NCBI GenBank assembly: GCA_000182565.2
Contig: KQ257461.1
Source of the DNA: Spizellomyces punctatus DAOM BR117
Lineage: Eukaryota
Reading direction: 5' to 3' (one strand)
DNA: 64,000 nucleotides
The position numbers and the translations under genes are program-made. Below the pieces are notes generated by a model that did no database searches, was not told the origin of the DNA, and saw only the letters and a program-made list of their open reading frames with translations. Shown here one piece after another: positions 53,290 to 64,000 of the stretch. Numbering within the stretch: position 1 is the first letter of the stretch; each line of letters begins with the position of its first letter.

Positions 53290-53545
53290 GATGTAAATGG
53301 AACTGGTGCGCTAGAAAAAGATCCCTCTTTTGTAAATAAAATAAATATGATTTTGTTAAACGTATTCTTTACTCGCAAAACCTCCTCAATGGTAGACTTC
53401 AGACTCTAAATGGGCAAGGCAAAAACATAGGGTGGGGACCTTCAATCAATGTCATTTGTGCATTAACCAAGACAAACATGGGAATTCAAAGTGAAAACAT
53501 AAAACTAGTCTAACAAATGAGAAATAAAAAAATAACAGCGACAAT

Positions 53546-56500
53546 CTAGAGCAAACGGTAAGTCGGCTGCCCGGGAACAGCATTATCAGCCTTCTTTGCA
53601 TCTTCTGCGTCGTAAGGTGGCGCTGCGGCCGCCTTTTGATCTACCAGTTCCACCGACGTGACTTTCAAGACAGCCAATTCCCGTCGGATGTAGTCTAGGT
53701 TGAGTTGGAGGGTCTCCAATTCGTTGAAGCTCAATTTTCGGTCAAAGGCGACCGGTCCTTGAGCTTCCACGGCTTGCTTTATGCTTGCAACGAAAGGCAT
53801 AACTGCCTTGTTCTTCATCAAGCCCTTGGCAATGAGAGCTTGCTTCTCATTGCCCTGGAATTTGCCAGTTGACTAACAAGCAACGTGGTAAGTATTCCCT
53901 TCAAGGCAGCACATCCCCACCACGCCCCAGCTTACCTCATCCCAAGTCTCCTTCAGAACTGCCACAGCTTCATCCTGCCATGCAGGGAAGCTTGAAGCTA
54001 CGTACAAACGGAGTTTGCCAATCTTTTCCACCTTGTCCACTGCGCCTTTCTTTTGCTTCTTACGAGCGGCTTGGTCTTCCGCTGATCGGACCTTTGAGGC
54101 CATGCCGCGGATGTAGGCAGCAGCGGCAAGCAAAGACTCATTGGGTTCCGCAGTTTGCTTAGGCCATAAAGCCTTCTTGATGGACTCGGGCTACAACATA
54201 AGATGTATACTATCAGCGACGCGCTGACTCCTTCAGGAACAGGGCATGTTACGTACCTTCTTGAGCAACGTGCTCCAGATGTACTCACTCCAGTGCGGTG
54301 TTATCGGCGCCAACATGAGGGCTTGAACCTCAATGTACCGCACAATGAGATCCTCGTGCATTCCCTCATACGTTTCACCCTCGAGGGCCATGGATCCGAC
54401 TCCCTGTCCAGTCGTCGCTTTTCGGTACTCTGACCGGGCATTGCTTAACTCGTAGAAGGCCAACTTCAAGGCATCACGGTACAGCATACTGGTGTACGCC
54501 TTTTCAACTTCCCCAATAAACTTGTTGATCTCAGCCTCGAACACCGTGTCGTTCCACGAGTAGGCACCTTTGCGCATCTTTCCCTCTGCGACTTGAGTAA
54601 GGACTTCCTCAACCCATTCCCTTTCGGTGAAGAGCTTAAGGATCGCGTCATCTGCAGTTTTCTCGAGGAAATTGGCGTCTTCGACACCATCCCCAGCATC
54701 GGCTAAGGCAAAGCGAGTTGCGTCTGCGCCATAGACCTTCAGAGCATCACGCAGGGTCATAAAGTTACCGGTCGACTTGGACATCTTCTCGTTATTCAAC
54801 AGCAAGTGTCCATTGGCCCGGACTCCCTTCGGCCATGACTCCTTGGGGAAAATCGCGGTATGGTTGTAGATGAAGAAGGACAAATGGTTGTTGACCAGGT
54901 CCTTTCCTGACACACGCAGGTCTAGCGGATAGAAATACTTGAACTCCCGCCGCATGCGATCCAATGTTTCCTGAGGAACGGTAGTGTCCGCGGGTTTGGG
55001 CCCGTCTAGCAAGATGTAGTCCCAGACGTTATCTGTCATCTGTTCTGCCTTGACGTTGGCCGCTCCTGGCTTTGAGCCGTCCAACGTACCGCCTATGCAC
55101 ACGATGAGTATACATATCCCAAGTTCTATGAAACCTTCCAAATACGAAATACGTGATGTGACATACCGTGCAGGAGGTGGGATACCGTGTAATACGCCAT
55201 ATATATAGTTGAGTCGCTCAACGACTCAATCAGATACTGGGGATCCCATGGCAAGCGACTTCCGAGACCGAAGCTCCGGGAGCATGCCCACTGACCGAGC
55301 CAATCCAAGGTCTTTTCAAATTGATTACGAGTCTCAGTGCTAAAAGTCTCCATGTTGGCCAAGCATCTATGCAAAAGAATAATAATCAGAACTCGCTGTT
55401 GCTACATGTTCGTACTGTCAAAGGACTTACTCCTCAGCCAACTTCTTCCAACTCTCTTCACCATAGTCCATGTACCACTGTGGAGCAAGTGTGACGACGC
55501 ACTCATCACCGCTTCGACTTACGACCAGTCCCTCTGGTTCACAATAAGGGAAAGCAACTCCCTGCTCGATGAGCTGTGCGCGAATGAGTGTTTTCGCCTC
55601 TTGAACGGACCTTGCAAATTGAGGTAAACAGATGAGATTGATGCTCGAATCTAGTGCATAGCTCTTCCAAGCTCATGTGTCCAGACAATTCATACATGAC
55701 CGGTCATGATTACTTACTTTCCGGCAAAGTCTCCAACAATCATGGTCCCTTGGTAGAAACCTTCCTTGTAAACCTCCGCTTTGGCCTCTGCCAGCTGGAC
55801 TTTGTCCTTTTGGCTATTGATCTTGAGTTTCTTGACAGCTGCTTCAGCAGCTCGGTCTCCATAGTTCGGTGTGCGAATGATGGAAGGAAAGCTGTCAAAG
55901 AATGGTTCCACCCACTTTGGCTGCACGTTGTAGTATGCAGCTTTCTTCTTCAAGTCTTGAAGGGTGATATAATCGTCGGGGGAGTCGGAGGGGACTGAAG
56001 TAACGACACCGGTACCCTGGACAAAAGTAAGAATCACCCAGGACAAACATCCTACAGAGACTACGCTTTACCTTCGTCACTAGCACACCTTCCATGGGAA
56101 GGGTGTACACCTTCTCATATTTGGACAAAGGAGCATTCAGCGGTACGCCGATCAGATCAGACCCCTTCAGCTCGCCAAGCTTTTTGATAACACCAACTTC
56201 TTGGAACAACTTTTGGAAGGCCATGTTTCGGGCTGACCGCTCTGTGCAAACCCAGGCCTCCGAGTCGTTAACCGCGTATATGCCGTACGTGATGTCGACA
56301 CCAACATAACAGTTGGTTTGGCCATACATGGTTTCCGGTCGGAGAGTGGCAGCGACAAGGTACAGTTTCCTGTTGCCAAGAGCCTCCAGGATCTGTGGCG
56401 AGGTCAACGCTTTGCCAACTGGTACTCCCTTTACTTCATCGCGCTCCGCCTCAGGAGTATCAATCAGGTCCTTCAGTAACACTTGCAACTTGATTCCCGT

Positions 56501-57431
56501 GTACTCTTGCACCCCAACACCTTCTCCTGTCGCCCGATCGTGGTCCATGCAAGGCTGACCATCAAGGGGTGAGTAGATGGTATATCTCTCTCCAAATTTG
56601 ACTTTCGCCGGGTTGGAACTGCGAAGTTTGTTGAATTGCCAGCGAACAAATGAGTCGAAGTATGGATTGATATCAGTTGTGAAGAAAGAACGACGCCAAT
56701 CGACAGAGAGACCGAAGGCCTTCAGATCTTCAATGGCCATTGGCGGGAAGTAGTAAAGCCAATGCTTACTATCGGCAAAGTTCTTTATTTCTTCATTTGG
56801 TATGCCCATGGAGCGCATGATTTGGAATTGGTATTTCAGACCAGTTGATTTGGCGTTCGCTTTTCCATGCTTCTTGGTGATCTTGGTCGGGTCCGTCGGG
56901 GCGGCCGCCGCCACCACGGGTTTGGCCTCCTCCTTAGCCTCATCTTCCTCTTTGAATCCCTCAAAATCCGGTCCAAACATATCAATCTCCTTCTTCAGCT
57001 TATCCGCACATGCTTTGATAGGCATTCCCGTCACGTGAAATCCGAATGGGAACAAGACTCGCTTGCCCTTCAAACGTTCGTAGCCTGACGCAAATTCAAG
57101 CTTTGAGAGGGAAAAGGAATGTCCCAAGTGCAACATGCCATTCATATATGGGAAAGGAAACGTGCCCATGAACTTGGGCGGTACAGGTTCGCCTGGTGCA
57201 GGGGCATTCACTTCGAATGGTCTTTCAGAATCCCATTTTTGCTGTGCCCACTCCTCAGCCTTTTGCAGGGCCTCCAGCTTTGCGGTACCCTATATAGCCG
57301 ATTCAAGCATGTCAGTCTTCCCAGCCGTATAAGAGCGAACCTAACTAGACATTCCAAACCTTTCTCTCTTCCGCGACCGTTACATGACTGGTCGTAGAAG
57401 TGACCGTCACTGGGGTCGTATTTGGGGCCAT
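53546..57431 (-). CDS. CDC60: Cytosolic leucyl-tRNA synthetase (multi-exon)
   Basis: [48 protein letters not shown] (editing domain), KMSKS. Confidence 0.97.
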
Positions 57432-57886
57432 TTTACAATTGATTTGAGCAGCGGTTGCAAGAAAACGTCTGCCTGTGGGTGGCAGGTCGCTCTTAAATGT
57501 ACGAAGGCAACGGCCAAAAGTGGTTAGCCGGTACAAAACGGCAGAACGTTCGGGCGTGTCGTAGATGCCCAAAAATGTAACTGATCAGCAGCAAGTGGGG
57601 ACAGCTCTACTCCGTGAGGATTCCGAATTAAAGGCAAGCGAAGACTGGAATCTCAAGGAAGATCACACTGTCATTGGACGAGCTCCTACAATTACCAGCT
57701 GCTTTTGGGAAAATCCCATCTTCGACTGCTGTTGCCGTGGTAGCAAGTGACTCATGTCTCGCATGTCTCAGTCACTCAAATGCAGCATTCATTTTGTCCT
57801 TTTCGGGATGTAATTGAGGGATGGTCATTTTGGTCTATTGAGATAATGCGTACGATTTACATTGGCAATCCCCGCTACCCATTAAT

Positions 57887-58801
57887 CTAAAACTCAGCAA
57901 GCATTTTATGCACTTGTTCGTAATATGCAGGTTGCAAATATTCTTTCAGCTCTTGCTTCGTTAGCCAAGCGAAATCTTGGGCAAACCGCTTGTTGGGTTC
58001 GATCTTGCCCGAAAGTATATGTGCTTTCATATAAAATGTCTGCAAAGGATAATGCTGTAAGAGCAGGTTCTCGAGTGGAAATTAAGGTACAACATACCTT
58101 CTTGTCTTGTGCAGCGATGTGTCCGACTGGTGTACGTCCGACGACCCAGGTCTCGAGACTGCTCCCTACCTCGCTGTGTAGATGTCGTGTTGCCCCCTGT
58201 ACCGGGATGACGTTAGCACCTCTACCAAGGGCGCATTCTTGACCAAAGAGGGCCACTGAACAATAAGTGAACAATAACACACCTCATGCAAAACCTCTTC
58301 GCCTTCTAAAGGTCCAGCCGGGAATTCCCAACTCCCGTTGTCCGCCTTCTTCACCACCAAATACAAAGTTCGTTCTAATGCTCGGTCCAATGATTTAACA
58401 TCTCCTCCTTTATCCGCCTCTGTCACCCGTTCCGCCGTTTCCAGGCCTGCTAACTCCTCGTCTCTTGGTTGTACCAACGGCGTTCGCCCACCTTCTAACC
58501 GTTCGGCAGCAGCTGCTGCTGCATCTTGGGCATCCAACCACCGCTGCTCAGCAGTACTTCCCTTTTTGAAGTAGAACTCGCGGTGGAAAGGACGAGATTC
58601 GGCTTGCTCAAGTGACTCTCGGTATGTGTAGTAGGCATGTTCGAATTCGGTGAGTTTGCGGAGGATGACTGGGTTGCGTTTTAGGAGAATCCCCACATGA
58701 ATTTTGGACGGTGCTGCAGTAGCAAGGTACCGCTTAGCAAAGTTACATGTTCTTGAGAACGTTTGTCGTGCTTGTATGTGGAGCATTGTGGATTGGAGCA
58801 T
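57887..58801 (-). CDS. MRPL46: Mitochondrial ribosomal protein mL46
   Basis: GILLKRNPV...FE.AYY; RVTEADK..DVKSLDRALERTLYLVVK; WEFP; last exon FYMKAHI...DFAWLTKQEL. Confidence 0.9.
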
Positions 58802-58947
58802 GTGCTGACAACGGAGATCTTACAGTTTCTGCACTTGCCCAAGAGGGTTGTTAGGGTGTTCTTTGACTGTGCCGCTCATTCATGACAACCAGCGTGAGCT
58901 GCTGCTGACGAAATCCGATCAGCGGAAAGCCACGCGGTTGACCAACC

Positions 58948-59917
58948 ATGTCATCACCAAAGCTGTTGAAGCCAGAGGATATCGCCACAGCTGTGAGATG
59001 GACTCCCCAAGTGTCCTTCGCTCCTTTATCTCAGCCGCGGTGGTTGGGTCTTGCTGAGGCTTCATTTGACGATCCAAGCGGACAGTCACGGAAATGGGAG
59101 GTTTGCGAGCGAATACATAAAGGTCCCATTACGGGCAAGGCGAAAGATGTGGATGGTAAATAGCCGGAGGGTCCTTTTCAGCTTGATTTACATGTCTTGA
59201 GTCTTTACCTTCTGGGAAATTGTATGAAAGCTGTTGATGTGGTTGCCACAATACGTGCCAGTGCCTCCCAGCAGACGAATGGTTTTCCGACCGAGGATAC
59301 CATTCTCTTGGTATTGCAATTCAGACCTCCTACCGGCGGCTGGACGTTGGAGTTTCCGTCAGGTGGGGACCACTTTAAATAGCACTCTAGCGGAGCTGGT
59401 TGTTGTCTACACGCTGCCGATGTTGATCCTGAGACATGCGGATGCAGGCCTGTTAGATAACGGCGAAACGCCGGAAACGGCCGCGCTCCGAGAACTTCAA
59501 GAGGAAACTGGATACACGGGTACTGTAGTGGCTGTTGGTCCGTCTATTACCTATGAGCCGGGGATCACCAGTAGTTGCTCAAAAATGGTAACCGTTGAGG
59601 TAACAATCAACAGCTGCGGTCAGTCCCCAGTGTATTTAGATACTAATATCGTTGGGGCAGGTCAACCCGGAAGACCCACTTAACGCAAAGCCTGTTATAC
59701 GTCGCGATGCAGACGAATGGAGTTTGAACCCAGTCGCACTGCCCGTTAACAAACTTCTTCAGACACTACATAGTAAGAGTCAAGCTTTCTTCATCATCGG
59801 GCTTGGATATTAAGTCTATAGTGTCCAGAATTGCAAGAGAGCTGCCCTAATCTTCGTATCGACTCGCGGCTGTACTGTTTTGCAGCTGGATTGCATTTTG
59901 CTGGGAGGACTCGATAG
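58948..59917 (+). CDS. Nudix hydrolase, ADP-ribose pyrophosphatase (NUDT5/Ysa1-like)
   Basis: DPSG..RKWE..ER, QFRPP....LEFPSGLLD, Nudix box GETPETAALRELQEETGY, C-terminus IDSRLYCFAAGL. Confidence 0.9.
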
Positions 59918-60417
59918 CTGCCAATGTGGTCTCCAGAACAGCATGTCCGCTATTCTTATAGTCTGATAAGATCGGCGGAAGAAGTGTTTCCGGAAGTTTC
60001 TGCTTGATCGTTTGAATAGAGCTGCATTGGAAGACCGCCATGCGCGGTCAGCGGATATAGATCACAGAAAGGCTGGAAGATAGCGCCGAAAGTGGTTGGC
60101 CAAGCATACATCGCTATATAAAGTCGAAAATAACAATGTTATATGTGCATTCCTGTCTTGAAAAGATAACCGATTACAATACCGCCTGTCCTCCTACCCT
60201 CTTGGATGGTTTCCTTGCAGTTATCTATCTGCTTATGTAAGATCTCGTCCACGTGCGACTGCTCCCCGGCCTTTCGCCATCTTGTTTCAACATCACGGTG
60301 TCTTTTGTAGAGGAACTTGCTTCGATCACCGAGCGCAATCTCTGGTCGAACTCTGGAGAGCTTGTAGACGAATATCAGATAGAATATATATTTCATTCTC
60401 GTGCATAAGAATTAGAT

Positions 60418-62868
60418 ATGGCTGATAACGGTCGTCAACCTCTCCTGGGGTTCAACCGCCGCATTGACGAAGAAAGCAACATATCCAGTGATAAAGATCG
60501 TCGTAGAAAGATCATATTTGGAGTATTTGGTGTATCTTTGATTCTCTTGATTGGCTTTACCTTGGGAGCCACGATTTATGCACGACATGGTTCAAGTGAG
60601 TGTACCCGCCGTTTTAGGCCAAGGCCAAGGGCTATTTTTTATCGTTGACCTATTTCTAGGAAATCCAAGCGGAAAGCGCAATGTTATTCTCATGATATCT
60701 GATGGTGCGTATACTTGATGCTCGATGCCATCGTATGCCTTTTTTTGATTTCTCCTTGGTTAGGTTTCGGCCCTGCTTCGGAAACTCTAGCCCGTAATTA
60801 TCATCAATATACCAATAATCTTCCTGTTGGTACACAACTACCGCTGGATACTATTCTTGGTGAGTGATGTCCTTTCTATTTCAAAGAGTACTGGCTGACC
60901 TCCTCTGCTCCTATCAGTCGGTTCGTCGCGGACGCGTAGTTCCAATAGTTTGGTCACAGACTCGGCAGCTGGCGCGACAGCGTTTGCGTGTGGATTGAAA
61001 ACTTATAACGGCGCCATCGCTGTGGTAAGAGGCGTTGCACATAAAATGTCGCCTCAGTCGGATTTTCATACTTTCAACTGTGTAGGATCCTGAATCCAAA
61101 CCATGTGGTACCGTTCTCGAGGCTGCAAAAGAACAGGGCTATCTAACGGGCTTGGTCGTGACCTCCCGAATTACACATGGTATATTTGTGAATACCTGGG
61201 GGAATTCTCTTGCAACCCTGGGACTTGACATTTTGTATAATTTTAGCTACCCCAGCTTGCTTCGCTGCACATGTCGGTAGCAGGGCATCGGAGGTAAGCA
61301 TTATTTATCTTGACGCATATGCTCTGGGCGTGTTATTCATGATAATCCATGAGAACAGAATGACATTGCTCTTCAAGAAATCGGAAATTACGCACTTGGT
61401 CGCAGGGTGGACCTCATGTTTGGAGGCGGCAATTGTCAGTTCAGGCCCAATTCCGATCCTAAAAGCTGTCGCGCGGATGGACTTGATGTATTCTCAATGG
61501 CAAAGAATGCTGGATGGAGTGTGCTGGATGATCATCAACATTTTCAGTCATTGAAAGCATCGGACGCTAGGTAAACATTGTGTCCAAATTGTCGCGTCGT
61601 TTGAGCATGAATCTGACGTATAGTGAACATTGCAGACTTCCATTAATGAGCTTGTTGGCGGTGGATCACATGCGTATGTTGAAACGTATTGGATTCTCAC
61701 GCAATTTGTGCTGAGGTTGATTGACTGTCTATAGCCTATGAGATTGATCGCGACCCTGAGAACACGCCGTCGTTGAAAGAAATGGCCGTCAAGGCTTTGG
61801 ATATCCTTACTCACGCATCTGATAAAGATGCGAAGGGCTTTTTCCTTATGATTGAGGGCAGTCGAATTGACATGGCGGGACACAAGTAGGAACCTTTTTT
61901 GCATTTTTTATGATATGCGAGTAAACATATATTGACACATCTCGTATCGCCTTTCTTTAGCAATGATCCAGCTACTCATGTTCGTGAGATCCTTGCATAT
62001 AATGAGGCCATCGCGGCAGTCAAGGCATACGTGGATGAACACCCTGACACTGTCATGATATCAGTTTCCGACCACGAAACAGGCGGTTTGTCGGTCGGAC
62101 GACAAGGTGATCCGCGCAAGTATCCCGAATACGCTTGGAAGCCTGACGCTCTGACCGGAGTTAAGAAATCTACCGAAGTGTAAGCAGCAACTACCTGTCC
62201 CTGCCTGTCATCATGTTTAGTCATTGGTGACTTGCTGATTTATATTTTGTGCTGTTCTATAGCATCGCTCCAGCAATTGTGGCGAAACAAAATGACACTT
62301 CTTTCATAACTGAGACCGTACTGAAAAACTGGATGAACGTGACTGACGCTACTACGGACGAAATCGAAAATCTCACGAAGACCACCTCTGTCGGTGACCT
62401 TACCAATGCCCTCGGGGACATTCTGAGCAAAAGGGCCCAGTTGGGATGGTATGTAGAACGGCGATCGGGTTCATATTTGATCTATAGTTTTGCTGATGAA
62501 CGTTACGATTAGGGCTACCCATGGACATTCTGCCGTTGACGTTAACCTGGTAAGCTCACAGCAGAAAGAACCAATTATATCCTCGCGGTTCTAAAGGCGA
62601 GGTTAATTCCTACAGTATGCCTACGGTTTAAATGCGGCTAGACTCGCCGGCAATCATGAGAATACAGAGATCAGCGATTTCATTGTCAGGCAATTGGGTC
62701 TAAATCTTGAGGCCATCACCATCAAATTGAGAAGGTATTGTGCAGTATGCCTCGCTCCCTCCCTATCGCATGCTAATGCCGCTTGTTTTCGGAAGCCAAA
62801 ACATTGGACAAGCATCTGTACGGCATGAAACGGGACCCTTGAAGATTAGACATTATCATACGGACTGA
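60418..62868 (+). CDS. PHO8: Alkaline phosphatase (Pho8-like, type II membrane anchor), many exons
   Basis: N-terminal TM helix; RNVILMISDGFGP; VTDSAAGATAFA; ITHATPA; GFFLMIEGSRIDMAGH; SDHETGG; GHSAVDV. Confidence 0.93.
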
Positions 62869-63007
62869 AGCTTGTAGATGACCAAGTTAGATTATCTTTC
62901 ACATCGGACTTGTAGCTTACTCATCATAATATATTTTAAAGACGCATGAAACAGGATGTAGCCAACGTGTGGCCAATAAATATGATCTAATTACAAATGA
63001 CATTCCC

Positions 63008-63566
63008 TCACGCAGGAGGGAAGTTTGGTGGAGGTTCGGTTCGCAGCTGCGAGAAATATTGTATAAAATCAGGGCCAATCAAAGCAGTAGCATTTTCAGT
63101 GGACGGACGTTCGTACCTCCCAAACGGCCCGTGACGGTCTCTCATTTATCTTTTTATCATACTTTGTTTCTTCCCTTTCTCGGATCAAGCGCTATCAAAA
63201 GACCACTGGAATTCAGCACCGCACTAGCTAAATCCCTGACCAAGTGTCCTACCTCTGCCTCCTTTCGGTTCTTTCCCTTCATTCGCAAACAGAAATTGAA
63301 TTCCTCTCGCGCTTCAGAGCAGTCTCTCCAACTTCCATATCTGTAATAGTGCTTGACCTGAGGTAGTACGGCTATAAACGAAGGTGTGATTGGTATACAC
63401 TCCCATTCCAGCGTACAGAAAATCAACGACTCTTACTATAACACAACTGCATCTTATCAAAGGCAGCCCAAACGCTGCAAGTATATTTCTTTGACTCATC
63501 GGCCTGAACAGTCGTCGAGTCAACGGAAGTGGCGCTTGAAGCCGGCGAGTCGATCTGGGTCGTCAT
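63008..63566 (-). CDS. Emi1/DUF3128-like twin-Cx9C small protein (4 exons)
   Basis: CSVWAAFDKMQLCY / QVKHYYRYGSWRDCS...FNFCL / RPSRAVWE/LRTEPP. Confidence 0.8.
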
Positions 63567-63689
63567 TTGTGATTTGCGAATTGAACTCGTCGTTCTGGTG
63601 AAGTTTTGGGCAGAGGTGACTCACTCCTGCTGAGCACGTGACTTTCCAAGTTTTGGAGGAACTTGGACTCGCTTTCATTCATTTGAACT

Positions 63690-64000
63690 ATGGGTCGCAA
63701 GCAAACAACACAGCATGTCCTTGAGGAATTGCCTGTACCAGGCGATGGACAATGCGTAGCCAAAGTTGTAGAAAACAGAGGAGGTGGCAACTACGTAGTT
63801 CAAGTACCGGCGGAAGTGAATTGGACGGATGAACCCACATTGTTAGTCTCACTACCGTCGAAATTCAGAAAGCTGATCTGGGTCAAACGAGGTAAGGCCC
63901 TTAGGTTTGAAGCAGTTAGGGAGACCGGCAATTATGAATACATGCTAACAAATCTATTCTAGGCAGTTTTGTCATAATACAAAGGGAGGAAGGCAAGACA
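63690..64000 (+). CDS. EIF1AD: eIF1A-domain protein EIF1AD (partial, runs off window)
   Basis: VAKVVENRGGG...LLVSLPSKFRKLIWVKRG-SFVI. Confidence 0.85.

Noticed and set aside
13044-59917. Ligase, AlkB and ADP-ribose hydrolase as a DNA-repair gene cluster
   Set aside because: They are separated by many unrelated genes over about 46 kb; co-location is plausibly chance.

Overview
Gene-dense, intron-rich eukaryotic DNA with short GT-AG introns. It is fungal and most likely from an early-diverging, chytrid-like lineage (inferred from the single-chain FAS, an SNX9-type sorting nexin and an MLKL-like kinase). About 22 genes are supported. In order: a decayed MLKL-N/4HB plus TKL-kinase pseudogene, ATP synthase subunit g, a CLASP/TOG-like protein, an SH3-PX-BAR sorting nexin, a PBZ-SWIM ATP-dependent DNA ligase, cytosolic Hsp70, a spliced G-protein gamma subunit, an AlkB dioxygenase, two MFS transporters (UNC-93-like and ACS-type), an F-BAR-PH-C2-RasGAP, Qcr2, ALDH7, a Ded1/Vasa-like DEAD-box helicase, a fused FAS, LeuRS, mL46, a NUDT5/Ysa1 Nudix hydrolase, alkaline phosphatase, an Emi1/DUF3128 protein and a partial eIF1AD. 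The most notable items are the PAR-binding minimal ligase, the MLKL-like kinase relic, a TATA-driven small ORF ending in CaaX (CIIA), clustered CSL-type motifs (including in the FAS promoter), and a C-rich to G/T-rich compositional sawtooth that follows exon boundaries. Exon boundaries were read by eye and family calls come from motif recognition, not database searches.
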